DNA from: Hormiphora californensis
Lineage: Eukaryota; Animalia; Ctenophora
Reading direction: 5' to 3'
Length of the DNA: 64,000 nucleotides
NCBI GenBank assembly: GCA_020137815.1
Contig: CM035352.1
Location: forward strand, 1,550,001-1,614,000
The notes beneath the pieces were generated by a model. That model searched no databases, was not told the DNA's origin, and saw only the letters and a program-made list of their open reading frames with translations. Position numbers and translations under genes: made by a program. This document shows, piece after piece, positions 23,201-60,500 of this stretch (positions are counted from its first letter, which is position 1; every line of letters starts with the position of its first letter).

Positions 23201-23810
23201 TTCTGCACCCTCTCCCCCCTCGGAACCTGCTTCTGCCTTATACATCTCCCTTCCTGGGTACCTGCGTCTGCACCCTTCCTTCTGGGCACCTACTTCTGCA
23301 CCCTGCCTTCTTGGTACCTGTTCCTGCACCCTCCCTCCTGGGTCCTGCTTCCACACCTCTCCAGTCTCCCTCCTATGTCCTCCCTCTACACCCTTCCCTC
23401 CTGGAACCTGCTTCTGCACCCTCCCTTCTGGGTACCTGTTTCTACACCCTCTCCCTCCTTGGTACCTGCTTCTGCACCCTCCCTTCTGCATCCCATCCGG
23501 ATTCATGTCTCCACATCCTTCCACTTTATCATACCGGATCTTCCCTCCCTGGACAGCTACTAAACACATTACTACCTTTGGTACGTATTTGTTGTGAAAA
23601 TCGGCATTTTCTCACCACCCCACCCCCCTGCAGGGAGTGGTACTGGTTATGGGAGTGCGAACGAGAGACCCGATATTTGACGAATGAAACACTAGTAATC
23701 CGTGCCGACGATGCACAGGCGCCCTTAGTAAGGGCCCTTACCGATACCAAATCAAGCGTTCTGGACTTTTGTATGATCGGGGGCTAATTTATTAACAATT
23801 TAATTTATTC
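20215..23810 (+). mobile_element. 5'-truncated CR1/L2-group LINE (AP endonuclease + RT) with multiple frameshifts and a CT-rich repetitive 3' UTR
   Basis: Peptides in successive frames: LVGDFNVH, PTHNKGGTLDLV..DHYLV, NYRPVSNL.FISKVIEK, AAFDTIDH, GVPQGSILGPILF, LYADDSQLY, LNSGKTE, SKLDFCNSLL, LHFLPV..RIHFK, LKTYLF. 22950-23500 consists of degenerate ~30-bp CT-rich repeats. The 3' end is approximate. Confidence 0.9.
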
Positions 23811-24059
23811 TTTTTTAGGTTTTTTAATAGTTGTGTTTGAAATTGCTCCGGTTGTTGCGAGCAAAATTGCGTTAAGTTCATAAAGACAATGTAATCCACT
23901 TGAGAAAGTGATACTAGAGAGTGCGTTGGCACCATTTTTCTGGGTATATTCACTATTGATTGGGATATTAAGTGCATAATTTCCATTTACATTACATTTA
24001 ACTCCTTTTTTGTGTGAAATTTTTTTTTTTTTAATTAATTTATATACCGACTAATCTTG

Positions 24060-24225
24060 ACAGTGTTGTATGTGTGTGGCGTGTGTAGGCGTGATTTTGG
24101 TATTGTGGTGTGTGACGTTGTTGTATGTTTGTGTGTGGTGTGTGTGTGTGTGTGTGTTGTGTGGTGTGTGTGTGTGTGGTGACAGTGTGTGTGTGACATG
24201 TGGTGTGTGTGTGTGTGTGAATGTG
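24060..24225 (+). repeat. Degenerate (TG)n microsatellite
   Basis: TG-rich run. Confidence 0.85.
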
Positions 24226-25062
24226 AGGAGCAAGTTATAGTTAGTTAATTAACTTTTAAACTATTTCTAACTTAATAATTAACTAACTTAGTTAGTTATT
24301 TTTATACTGTTAAATCTACCCATTGTTTTCTATCCAGATAGTTTTATGATCATTGTTTCCGTCCTACTGTCCATCTCAGTCGCAAGCCCGCTTTAGGTAA
24401 CTGCTGAAGCTCTAAGCCTCTCACCTTGTAGGATATATATGACTTTTTTTGTATATGTCTGTAGTGTGAGAGCGGGACGAGTCACTTATATGACTCAAAT
24501 ATAAATATTGAAGTTCATTTTCATTTTTCATCTCTATGACTATATCACAGAGTTCCGAACTCAGAGGTAAAGAAAGGCTGGCTCTAATCGGTCCAGGGCA
24601 CACTTTTCGAGTGAACGCCAAGAATTAAACAGGAAACTTCGCAATTTTCCATGGACTCTGCAGTCACTGGGTCGGTGGTCTTGGGCCCCCTACTCACGGG
24701 GGCCTATTATGGGGCATCTGTCCTTCATCCCCATCCTTAGCTGGGGCTCTGTCCCCAAACTCGAACCCAAAGTGACGGTCAGAAGACATGAAATATGATT
24801 GTCGTCGAAAGACTTTCGAACAGTTTGCTGTTTAGGTCCAAGTTATTGTTAAGTTCTAACTAAATTGGTTATATGAGATGCCCTGACACCCCTTGAAATA
24901 GCGCCCCTGTATCCTTCTATTTCTGCTTACTCGCACCGACTTGTTTTTTAGAGGTAACCTAATAGGACCTCAATCATATGATTCCATGTAAACATATCAT
25001 GTAAACTAACCTAACTTCTCCCTACGAGTAGGTTAAGGCAATTATTTCTGACAGTCATCCGC

Positions 25063-48689
<23,627 letters not shown>

Positions 48690-48898
48690 AGACTTTTTAT
48701 ACCATGCTGCGGTTATTTCGGACTGTATTGTGTCACTATAATAAGGACAGTTTTTTTGTGATTTATTTCCGATTCATTATGGTACAAGTGAGCGATTAGT
48801 AAGTTATCAATTATCGATCGAGTTATGTGTTTTTGTGCTGAAAATTGATTTTTGTATCCCACCCAAGAAGAAAAAGATATGTGTTATATTTTTTATAG

Positions 48899-51749
48899 CA
48901 GGGGATCTGAACTTTCAGGTGCAGGACAAGAACAACTTCTACTCGAGGAAACTATTGGAGCTTCTAGATTCATTTGACCTTCAGCAAAGAGTACCACTAT
49001 TGCCTACTCACCAACTTGGTGGAACCTTAGACCTGGTGATAACTACAAGGGAAACCAATCTAGGAGATTTAACAATTTGTCCTAATGGTACTACTTCGGA
49101 CCACTTCCTGGTACAGTTTGGGCTTGAAGTGAGACAGGACCTGTCAAACTCTTGTATGCGGAAATCAATGTTTCGAGAATACATGGACTACAAGTCAATG
49201 GACAAGGAAGGATTCAGAGAGGACCTCCAGAAAGCGGAATTTGAACCAGGCCGGGATCCAGAGGAGAGTATTGTAAACTTCTATCGTTGGTTGGAAAGTG
49301 TAGTGGAAAGGCGAGTTCCGAGGAAACGGGTGAGGACAGGGAAAAAGTTTAAACCGTGGAGAGATGAGGAACTAAGAGGAATACTACGTAAGAGGAGGAG
49401 TGCGGAACGATACTGGAGGAAGCATGGAACTGAGGAAGCGAAACGGAGATTCAATGATTTGAAGAAGCTCTATGGAAACATGGACAAGGAAAAGAGAGCA
49501 GCTTTTGTTAAAGAGGACTTGGATGCGGCAAAAGGGGACCCGAAGAAGCTACAAAGAAAGTTACAGAAACTCCTGGGAAAAGCGGAAACTATTCTTCCTG
49601 AGACTACCAACAACAAGAACCTGGCTGATGATTTTTCAAAGTTCTTTAGTTCAAAGGTGACCAAAATTCGGACCCAAGTCAATGAGGAGCAGCAGCAGGC
49701 TGGCGATTTTGTGGAATCTGGAAAATCCTGTCATACAACATGGAATGAATTCAAAGAGATATCTGAGGAGGAACTTGTTTCATTAGTGAAATCGATGTCC
49801 AGCAAGCACTGTGACCTGGACCCGTTGCCCACTTGGGTGGTAAAGGAGTGTATAAGTGATCTGGCTCCTGCATTAACATCAATAGTCAATCAGTCTCTAC
49901 ATCAGTCTTCGGTCGCAGAATCTCTCCAGGAGGCACTTGTCTTTCCTACCATCAAGAATATGTATGGAGATCGTGAAGCTCTCAGCAACTATCGTCCTGT
50001 TTCGAACATCCCATTTCTGTCTAAGCTTCTTGAGAAGGTAGTTCTCACGCAACTCAATGACTACCTGGATCGCAACTCTCTTTTGGGCAAACATCAGTCT
50101 GGCTATCGTGTTGGTCACAGTTGTGAAACGCTATTGGCAAGCATGTTCGATGACATTCTAGGGGAAATGGATAAAGGAAACGTAGTAGCTCTTATCTGTC
50201 TAGATATGAGTGCTGCTTTTGATACGGTTGACCATGGAAAGTTGTTGGAGGTGTTGCAGAAACGGTTTGGAGTGGATGGTGAACCTCTCCGATGGTTTAA
50301 AAGCTATTTGAGTTCCAGATCTTTTAGAGTTTCGGTCGGTGATTGCCTTTCGGAAACCCTTGCTTTACTTTGTGGAGTCCCTCAAGGGTCCCTCCTTGGT
50401 CCTATTTTGTTCCTACTCTACATCGAGGCTGTACAAGATATTGTGGAGCCATATGGACTCCGGATAAAGTTATATGCAGATGATTCCCAGCTCTACGTGA
50501 GTCTGGTTCCTACGGATGCTGCTGGCTGGGTTGAGGCAAAGGTGGATATTGAGGAGTGTCTGGCGAAGGTGAAGAGGTGGATGGTAGGGCAGTGGTTGAA
50601 GTGTAATGAGGCCAAAACGGAATTCATCCTGCTTGGAAAGCGCAGTTCTCTAAGCAAAGTCTCTTTTGATCCAGTTATTAACTTTGGAGGAACGGAAATC
50701 TCCCCCAGTGAATGTAGTGGAACAGATGGTAAAACCCTGGGAATTCTCTTGGATCATAACCTTGGCCTTGAACGACAGGTTAACAATGTGAGGAAACAGT
50801 GTGGACTGATGTTACGAAACCTTTGGCAACTGCACAGGTGTTTTGATATCCCAACAAAGATAATGTTGGTCAAACAGTTGATTTTATCGAGGATAGACTA
50901 CAGTAACATTCTGTATTGTGGACTTCCTGGTCGAGTTCTCAGTGGGCTCCAGAAGCTTCTCAATGCCTGTGTTCGTTTTGTATTTAACCTCCACGGACAC
51001 CAGGACAACTACATGGAGTATTTCAGGCAATGTCATATTTTACCGATCTCCTACAGGTTGGACTTCAAAGCATGTTTGATTGCCTACAAAATAGTCAATG
51101 GAACAGCCCCGTGTTATCTCCAGGATTTGGTGCCACGTGATGAGACTTGGGGAACCTCTAGGACAACGAGGATGACTAATGTTCCGGATCCCTATAGGTT
51201 AAAACATCCAAAGATGACCAGTATCAATGCCAACTCTAAGTTGAGACGTAGGAGGTTATCAGTATTCCTGCCCTCTGTCTGGAATGAGCTTCCTCTTGAG
51301 CTCAGGTCAATCCCCAATGTGGATACTTTCAAAACCCGGCTGAAAACACATCTCTTCGTTGGTGCATTTGGAGTGGGTGATGGGGAACCCATGGCTGAGT
51401 TGTAATGTTTGTTGTAGTTGTGGGGCCTGCGGGCAATCAGTGTCATCCTCTCTCTAGCCATGTTATTAATTCATTACCTAGTATCCTTTTTTCGAGCAGG
51501 TGTGAGTATAGTGTGTTTTAATTTATATCTACAGGATTATGGGACCAGTTATTCCCTCAGTTTTATAAGTCAAGTTTATTTAGTCGTCTATATATTGTTT
51601 TTCAACCAGAGCTGTTCGAGTGTGTCATATAAGTAGTCGAGGATATACCGCTCTGATGATTCGGCGGAACATCGTCAATATTTTGACATGTCTCTGTCGG
51701 GTATGGGCGGTATATAAGCGCGGAATATTATTATTATTATTATTATTAG
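48899..51749 (+). mobile_element. Young 5'-truncated CR1/L2-group LINE with open APE(C-term)-RT frame and (TTA)n tail
   Basis: ORF 48835..51405: GDLNF, PTHQLGGTLDLV..SDHFLV, NYRPVSNIPFLSKLLEKVV, LDMSAAFDTVDH, GVPQGSLLGPILF, LYADDSQLY, FKTRLKTHLF. Tail at 51727-51748. The first ~21 codons of the tracked ORF are host sequence. Confidence 0.95.
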
Positions 51750-51756
51750 TCATATA

Positions 51757-53321
51757 CAAGGTGGGCCACGGATTGTTGGTCATGGTTAGCGAGGTGGTGT
51801 GTCAAAACGGTGATAGTTGTGAGAATAAAAATTATGGGAGCACTTTGGATCAATTCCTTGGTAACTTTTTCCATAATTTTTTGTCAAAAATTCGAAAATT
51901 CATTTTTCATTCCTTCATTCATTTCTCGTTCATTCATGATGTGAGCATCCTAATTTTCCATCATTAAGCTATTTTTCTTTGGCTTGAATTTATCTTTCCA
52001 ATGAGCACCATCAAAATGAAATTGAAGCACCAGGTCACACAGCAGTTGAGGAAATGTTCATGCATGATTTTGGCTCTTTTTGCGACTTTTAATGAGCTAT
52101 ATCACGGCGACCTTCCGTTCAATCTTCTTAAAAATTTGGGAAAACATTGGATAAGCAAAGATCTTTGCTCACAAGAAAAATCAAGGTCAAAGGTCAAAGT
52201 TCATTTTTCATTTTTGTTAGTTCATTCCGTTCATTCAGGAACCAACATCCCTAAAGTGATGAAAATGCTTGGGTTTTGTTTGGCACATGTCCTGCAATGA
52301 CAGAGAGGTGTAATAGCGTGTTTCTGGGCTAGTTTGTGGGTATCCATGTGATCATGATGATATCTGACACCTTTTCTGAGCCATAATTGAGGGATTTTCT
52401 CAAATTCAAGCATGTAACTTGGTTTTTCTGCGATTAGTACCGTGCAACAATGTTATGAGATCTCATCAAACCTCAAAAATGATGATTAGCTCAATGAAAT
52501 GAGTTGATTTACGATTGAAAAGATTAAAACCGATGTCAAATTGAACGAAACGAACAATGTCGATCATAAATCAACTAATTTCATTGAGCTAATCATCATT
52601 TTTGAGGTTTGATGAGATCTCATAACATTGTTGCACGGTACTAATCGCAGAAAAACCAAGTTACATGCTTGAATTTGAGAAAATCCCTCAATTATGGCTC
52701 AGAAAAGGTGTCAGATATCATCATGATCACATGGATACCCACAAACTAGCCCAGAAACACGCTATTACACCTCTCTGTCATTGCAGGACATGTGCCAAAC
52801 AAAACCCAAGCATTTTCATCACTTTAGGGATGTTGGTTCCTGAATGAACGGAATGAACTAACAAAAATGAAAAATGAACTTTGACCTTTGACCTTGATTT
52901 TTCTTGTGAGCAAAGATCTTTGCTTATCCAATGTTTTCCCAAATTTTTAAGAAGATTGAACGGAAGGTCGCCGTGATATAGCTCATTGAAAGTCGCAAAA
53001 AGAGCCAAAATCATGCATGAACATTTCCTCAACTGCTGTGTGACCTGGTGCTTCAATTTCATTTTGATGGTGCTCATTGGAAAGATAAATTCAAGCCAAA
53101 GAAAAATAGCTTAATGATGGAAAATTAGGATGCTCACATCATGAATGAACGAGAAATGAATGAAGGAATGAAAAATGAATTTTCGAATTTTTGACAAAAA
53201 ATTATGGAAAAAGTTACCAAGGAATTGATCCAGAGTGCTCCCATAATTTTTATTCTCACAACTATCACCGTTTTGACACACCACCTCGCTAACCATGACC
53301 AACAATCCGTGGCCCACCTTG
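51757..53321. mobile_element. 1.56-kb almost perfect foldback element, Tc1/mariner-type ends (TA TSD)
   Basis: TA|CAAGGTGGGCCACGGATTG ... CAATCCGTGGCCCACCTTG|TA. Mirror ORFs 52001..52300+/52778..53077- and 52231..52413-/52665..52847+ are identical; the central loop is at ~52515-52560. Confidence 0.93.
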
Positions 53322-53581
53322 TAATAATTCATGTTTTGGAAAACTCGAGTGTTGGAATTAGTCGTACAAAATGGTGATCAAAATTAATATCTCAATCCAA
53401 TTCTCTAACTTTTTGATGACCACAAATTGAAATTCATAATAAAGTAGGCTTCAATTTTGAGTGACAGATTTTAAATCAAAATAGCTAAAACCATTTGATT
53501 TATTGCACCACTACGTCATATTTATGAAGGGTGGTGAAAAGTGACTTCCCAGTCAGAAGTGTCAGAAATGGATAACGTTGT

Positions 53582-54020
53582 GGGGGGAGACACACTGAGG
53601 TTGGTCGTGCGCGTTCAACTCTCAACCTCGCGACACACACTGAAGTTCGAAGTTCGAAGTTTCGCGGAAAAGTTCAAAGTTTCGCGAAAACCCATTTTCG
53701 GCTGAGAAATCATTTGTAAGATGCTAGTTTATTTACTGGTACATCTCTCGAGGTGTCCTTTATCAATACATACCGGGTCAATTTCACCGTTTTTAAAATT
53801 TTTGGTGAATTGGGACAACTGTGACCGGATTAAATTTCAAAAACGGTGAAATTGACTCAGTATGGATAAAGGACACCTCGAGAGATGTACCATTAAATAA
53901 TTTAGCCTCTTACAAATGATTTCTCAGCTGAAAATGGGGTTTCGCGAAACTTCGAACTTCAGTGTGTGTCGCGAGGTCGAGATTTGAACGAGCGTGCCCA
54001 ACTTCAGTGTGTCTCCCCCC
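53582..54020. mobile_element. ~440-bp imperfect palindromic element with G6/C6 termini
   Basis: ggggggagacacactgaggttgg..cctcgcgacacacactgaagttcgaag pairs with cttcgaacttcagtgtgtgtcgcgagg..ccaacttcagtgtgtctcccccc. No clear TSD. Confidence 0.8.
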
Positions 54021-54078
54021 TATAATATTTTCAGAAAGTAAAATCATCATGTCTGCAGCCCTAAATGCTCTTAATCTG

Positions 54079-54182
54079 TAGATGATGATATCTCTTTCCG
54101 GCTTCAATCAAGGTGGCCAAAGGAAACACGGTTTTTTCCTTTGACCACCTTGATTGGAGCCGGAAGGAGATATCATCATCTA
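54079..54182. mobile_element. ~100-bp hairpin MITE
   Basis: tagatgatgatatctctttccggcttcaatcaaggtgg ... ccaccttgattggagccggaaggagatatcatcatcta. Confidence 0.7.
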
Positions 54183-55797
54183 GGGTAGGAGGGGGTAATT
54201 CGGGTCAGTTGGTAATTCGGGTCACTTGTTTGTAATTCGGGCCATTCTAATGTAACAAGATTTGGCGGGAAAATTTGAAATACGGAATATCGTTCATTTC
54301 CCAATTTTGGATTCAATTGGTATTCCCGTGAATTTGCGGAATTTTTTCGAGAAGAAAACATATGATTTTATCCAATGGGATAATTCAGCACTTATTGGCT
54401 AAGTTTTTGAAGGAATTACGTCATTATTGATTTACCAAAAAGACGTCATAAAACAGTGTGTCTAATTCGGGTCATGTTTGTAATTCGGGTCACAGGCAAA
54501 TCGGCTAATTCGGGTCACCTTATTTTTGCGATAAATCAGCAAGTTTGAGTGATTTCTGGCCCCATATTTTATGTTTTCTTCTAGGATTTGGGGCCTCTGG
54601 GGGCCTTTAGGGGCCTCTTGGGGCCTCTAGGGGGGCTTTAGGGGCCTCTAAGGGGCCTCTAGGGGCTTTTAGGGGCCTCTAAGGGGCCTTTAGGGGCCTC
54701 TAGGGGCCTCTAGGGGCTTCGAGGGGCCTCTAGGGGCCTTAAGGGGCCTTTAGGGGTCTCTAGGGGGTCTCTAGGGGCCTTTAGGGGCCTCTAGGGGGCC
54801 TCTAGGGGCCTCTAGGGGGTCTCTAGGGGGCCTCTAGGGGCCTCTAGGGGGGCCTCTAGGGGCTTCTAGGGGCCTTTAGGGGTCTCTAGGGGGCCTCTGG
54901 GGTCTCAAGGGGGCCTTCGAGGGGCCTTTAGGGGTCTCAATGGGTCTCTAGGGGGCCTCTAGGGTCCTCTAGGGGCTTCTAGGGGCCTCTAGGGGGCCTT
55001 TAGGGGTCTCAAGGGGGCCTCTAGGGGCCTCTAGGGGGCCTCTAGGGTCCTCTAGGGGCCTTTAGGGGTCTCTAGGGGGCCTCTAGGGTCCTATAGTGGC
55101 TTCTAGGGGCCTCTAGGGGGCCTTTAGGGGTCTCAAGAGGTCTCTAGGGGGCCTCTAGGGGCCTCTAGGGGGCCTCTAGGGGGCCTCTAGGGGGCCTCTA
55201 GGGTCCTCTAGGGACTTCTAGGGGCCTCTAGGGGTCTCAAGGGGTCTCTAGGGGCCTCTAGGGGCCTCTAGGGGCTTCTAGGGGCCTCTAGGGGGCCTTT
55301 AGGGGTCTCAAGGGGGCCTCTAGGGGCCTCTAGGGGCCTCTAGGGTCCTCTAGGGGGCCTTAATGGGCCTCTAGGGGTCTCTAGGGGGCCTCTAGAGGCC
55401 CCCTAGAGGCCCCTAAAACAGCCAACCATCAGCCAACCAACAGCTGGCCCGAATTACAAACACTTGACCCGAATTAACCGCATGATTTCAGCGGCAACAC
55501 GCTGTGTTGGTAATTCGGGTCATTTGGTCACGTGTTTGTTTGCGAGGGCTGTGATTGGCTGAATACGCGCGTGGCCCGATTTAGCCACTGACCCGAATTA
55601 CCAACAATACGCAAACTAACGATTTCGTGGGCTTTTTTATGTGTGAAAAAGGTTGGATTTGAAAACTTCAACAGTCCAAATATCTTAACAAGGGTCACAT
55701 TGGATAAATTGAATAGATTTTATGTGCAGACATTCTGCCACAACCAAGGGAATACCACTTTAATCAAAAAGGTGACCCGAATTACCCCCGCCTACCC
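54183..55797. mobile_element. TIR element carrying an internal GC-rich 10-11-bp satellite
   Basis: TA|GGGTAGGAGGGGGTAATTCGGGTCA ... TGACCCGAATTACCCCCGCCTACCC|TA, with repeated subterminal taattcgggtca motifs and satellite (taggggcctc)n at ~54590-55415. Confidence 0.85.
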
Positions 55798-56017
55798 TAC
55801 TGATTATTATCACGCGGCTCATAAACAATTATCCGATACTTATCCTGCCTAAATGCTCTAGCGGCGTCGACCCGAATCAGAACGGGGTCTGGTGGCTGGC
55901 CCCTTAAGGCAGACGTTTCATGGGCCTAAAAATGAGGGAATGTACCAGTTGTACCGCGGTAAACCCCTTGAGACAGCAGCAGTTGTGAAGTGCAGTAGAT
56001 CTGATCTCGGTGTGCAG

Positions 56018-56105
56018 CTGCAGTATACAATGTACATGATGTACTGCTGCAGTATACATTTTATATGATGTACAGCTGCAGTATACATTTTATATGATGT
56101 ACAGC
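56018..56105 (+). repeat. 29-bp tandem repeat (ctgcagtatacattttatatgatgtacag)
   Basis: About three direct copies. Confidence 0.75.
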
Positions 56106-56529
56106 GCGGCGTGTGTACATTGTACACGCGCGCCAAAACAAGGATCCTTTGATCAGGAATATTGTCTCGCGCGTGCCGTAATTAGGGTCATTCTTCGGCA
56201 GACGGGTCAATGGTCATTCATTCGGCATTTTCACATCATTTCACAGGTCACTGAAGGTGAACACCTGACAGTACCTGCTCTTTGCTAAATATTGTAATCC
56301 AGTGAGAGCTCTTGCAGATCGTGGATGGGTGATCCCGAGGGGGAGATGAAAAAGATAGAGGGGAGAAGAAACATAAAAATAAGAGATAGAGTACCCAGTA
56401 CCCACCCCGTTTGAGAAGAAGTGCTATAATATTGAGTCGTTGGGATATGGTGCTACTCAACAAATATTGAGTTTTATCCGATAATTGGGCAATTGGCAAC
56501 GAACATGTGGCTGTTATATTTAGAGCAGC

Positions 56530-56593
<64 letters not shown>

Positions 56594-56632
56594 GAGAGAG
56601 ATAGAGATAGAGATGAGATAGATAGATGAGAT

Positions 56633-56664
<32 letters not shown>

Positions 56665-56737
56665 GATAGAGGGATAGAGATATAGGAGATAGAGATAGAG
56701 ATATTAGAGGGAGACGAAGAAGAGAGAGAGAGAGAGG

Positions 56738-56790
<53 letters not shown>

Positions 56791-57537
56791 GAGAGACTCC
56801 TCCTCTCTCTCATGATCTGCCCTTTAGATAAAAAAGAGATGATGGGGCGTTGGTTTCCTGAACAGCTGATATTCATTTTAACATGCCACGTACGGTCGTA
56901 CGAGGTGGGCAATTAGAGCAAATATAACTGTTTTCCAAGCTACATATGATCTTACTTGCCTCGTGACTCCCTCCCGCGTGTCCTAACTGCCCGTTATTAT
57001 AGCAGTCACCATAGTGTGAGTGCTCAGTGCACTGACCGCTCTGCTCTGTGAAGTGTTAGCCGTGAGGAGAACAGAGAGTCAGAGAATACAACCGTCCACC
57101 ATCTTTTATTAATATTTTTATTTCCCTAATCATAAACCAATGTTGTTGTACCCCTGCCCTAACCCCTCTATAATTTACCTTACCTCCTCCAGTCTATAAC
57201 ACCTGTCAACCATTAATCACAGTTTATACAGGTGTTAATTTGTTGTTTTCGTCTAAGCCACTCATAGTAGGTACTGCAGCTGAGAAAGGTCGTTAGCAAA
57301 TGAGAGAGCCCCTCCCCCTACCCTACCCCACTAATTCCCTGACGGAGTATATAAACAACACAAATGCACCTGCCAACTAATTCTACGATCTTAACTCATT
57401 CGACCTCTCGTTCGAACCATTAATTTTCAATTGTCAAACTGAATACAGTTATGAACAGCTATCGGGGTTTATAGATTTGTATTTCTTTGCCAATATAGCT
57501 AATGCTAAATACCATAATATCATTTAGAGGTTTGAAT

Positions 57538-60500
57538 ATGATTCTCCTTTTGTTTTGTCTTGCGGGAACAACTGTATGCGACGGTAAGTTGACAATTGCA
57601 GTAGAGCATCGGGGTCCGATCATGATGTAGGTAGGTATGTATGTACAGGGTGTTCATTTTGGATCTTTACAAGCGTTGGGCTTCACCCAGAAAAAAAATG
57701 ACAAGATTAGGTCATGAAACTTCATACTTGGACTATTCTATACCCTCATTCAAGGTTCCTGGGGGTTTTGGAGCTTTAGGACCCCGGGAAGTGTGTTTTT
57801 GGCATCAAAACTACCAGAAGGAATTTTTTGCTGGTGCTGAGACTTTGCTAAAATGTTCTTTGGGTATTTTCTATGTCAATCCTAAAGTTTCTTAGAGATT
57901 GGATGTGTTTTTCAGACTCAAAATTTTGTAAAAAGTGGCTGGAAAGACTCAATTTTAGCCGTTTTTGAGCTGTTAACGAGCCTTCCCAGCCACTTTTATC
58001 GAAATTTTGAGTCCGAAAAACATATCCAATCTCTATGAAACTTTAGGATTGACATAGAAAATACCAAAAAAACATTTTAGCAAAGTCTCAGCACCAGCAA
58101 AAAATCCCTTCTGGTAGTTTTGATGCCAAAAACACACTTCCCGGGGTGCTAGAGCTCCAAAATCCCCGGGAACCTTGAATGAGGGTATAGATTAGTTCAA
58201 GTATGAAGTTTCATGACCTAATCTTGTCAACTTTTTTCTGGGTGAAGCCCAACGCTTGTAAAGATCCAAAATGAACACCGTGTATAAAATCTTTCTCTTG
58301 ACAGATTTCTTGGGCACAATACAGTTCAGTGAGTGGATGGAGAAGCCAATCCATCAGACCACCAAGTTGACAGCATGGGTCCAGGACAAGGTGTTTCAAG
58401 TTGAAACAAACAAACCAATCGCTGGCAATGACGGTATAAGGTGAGCCATTTCATGTTACGCAAAGGATTACAGATCCCAGAAAGGAAGACCTTTCCCCCG
58501 AGCATCCCGGTAAATTGGGGTCCGACTGAATTTTAAAATGATCATACTTTGATTGAACTTTGTTCAGGTGGCTGATAAATGCTGGTGGATCATGGCCGTT
58601 CTTTACCTTTGTTTCTGGTACTATCGGCTGCCAATTCTGTAACTCTTACACTCATACTGGTTCGGAGGAGTATCTACAGAGTGCTGGTTTAATCACTTTT
58701 CTTAAAGGTACCTTTCTTGTTTTGTATATATTGAAATCACTGGCGAGATAGATTCTTGAAACTTTTCCCCGCCTGGGAATGTCAGGAAATTTCACAATAC
58801 CCAACTACCCAAGTGAGGGTCGTTTTAGTTTGGGTTTTACTTTAGTGCATATTGCTACAAGTTGTATACTCGTGTGACTGCTATGCAACAGTTTTTTGTC
58901 TCTCGACTCTCCTATTTCAGATTCGACGACTCTGAAATTGTGGTTTAATGGAGTCCTTCAAGTCACCTGGACCTTTACCTCAAAAGATGACGTAAAGTGT
59001 CAATTGATACCTGAGCTCAAGGGGTTCAGATTTCGGAGTAACGCAAAAGGAGATGATACGATAACAGAGCGTTACAGATACGAAATAGGAAGGATAGGTG
59101 ATGGTAAGTTGTCGACGCTGAAACACGAAAGGGAGTATACTTGATAAACACAGCTTTCAGCTGCGTTGCATGAAATCATTGCCCATGTCCACTGACAGCA
59201 ACTTCCTAATTAAAAGGGGATTTCATCTTTATTCTTTCATTTTGCTCAGAATAAATTTTTTTCTGAGTGAAATCGTAGGAGCGGTCCGGTTTACTTTAGG
59301 GCATATAAAATCAACTGATCAAGTTTAGCATTAAAAAGTTTTCCTTAAAATTCAACAAAATTGGCCATCAGTTATGTGAATTATCCATTACCACATTTTC
59401 CGAGTGCTAGTTATCACAAGCAGATAATATGGTTATGGATTCATGACAATATAGCTGAAACAATCTTTTAACATAGATATCAAAAACACATAATATATTA
59501 TGTTTCCCCTTTTTAGTTCTCTCCCTACCCCTACATTGAATTGTTCATACTTTATTTTCCGGAGCACGGAAACAGTGTCAAGCGACTCAACCCGATTAAA
59601 GGGATACTGACATGTTCAAAAAATTTTGACTTTTTCAACGATCCTGGGTGTGGTAACTGGTTGGGAGATAAAAATACGATGAGTCGAAGTGCGATCTCTC
59701 TACTCCCTCTCGTTCTCAAGATACAGGGCCCCACCTTTTATCACTTCTTAATTGGTTTGGGTATAGAGGGAGAGCCGTATTGCAAATTACATGTAAACAT
59801 GAGTATGTTTATCTATCAATATCTCAACTTTCACATGCACGATTTTGATCGGATTTTTTTCTGAAAGTCAGAAATGTTTAAAATTTTTAGTATTTTCATA
59901 TGATGTATCAGAATCATAAATGAATCAGTAAATAAACAAGTAAACTTTGCAGTTTGAGGTGAACTGGAGTGAATTGTCAATTAGACCCAATTATTATCAA
60001 TTAGAGCACTTTGCCGACCTCTGAGGACTTGTAAAAGTTGCTCAAGTGATTCAACGTATCAAAATTAGTGTTTAAAGTGCCCTCACACGATCTTTTAGCA
60101 TTTCCATTTGAAAAATGCAATTATTGCCAATTAGACTGAATAATGCTCAATTAGGACACTTTCTTCACCTCTGACGGCTTGGAAAAGCCGCTTACGTGAT
60201 TCAGCGTATCAAAATTAGTGGGGATAGTGCTCTCACATGAACTGATAGCATTTTCATGCGATAAGTTACAGTTACGATCACTTAGACCCGATTATGCTCA
60301 ATTAGGGCACTTTCTCCACCCCTGAGCGCTTGCCAAAGTTGCTTATGTGATTCAACGTATCAAAATTAGTCGGGTATAATGGTTTTGCCTTTTATACCTA
60401 TTAGTTGCCTAAATTTTTCAGTTTATACTCTCCTAGGATACAGTATTCATTTCAGTGCTGAATAGTTAATAACTATTGACTATGTTATTGACTGTGGGAT

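Noticed and set aside
22968-23787. Overlapping 150-210-aa ORFs on both strands
   Set aside because: Stop-poor CT-rich degenerate repeats in the LINE 3' region; no domain signal.
24740-24800. B-box-like GGTTCGAGT on the minus strand (tRNA/SINE?)
   Set aside because: No matching A-box or cloverleaf could be built.
48835-51405. RT ORF as a domesticated gene, retron or other novel RT system
   Set aside because: Ordinary 5'-truncated APE-RT LINE with a (TTA)n tail, related copies nearby, and an empty site visible in the duplicate region.
51620-53332. Paired identical ORFs on opposite strands
   Set aside because: A consequence of the palindrome; no transposase (DDE/D) motifs.
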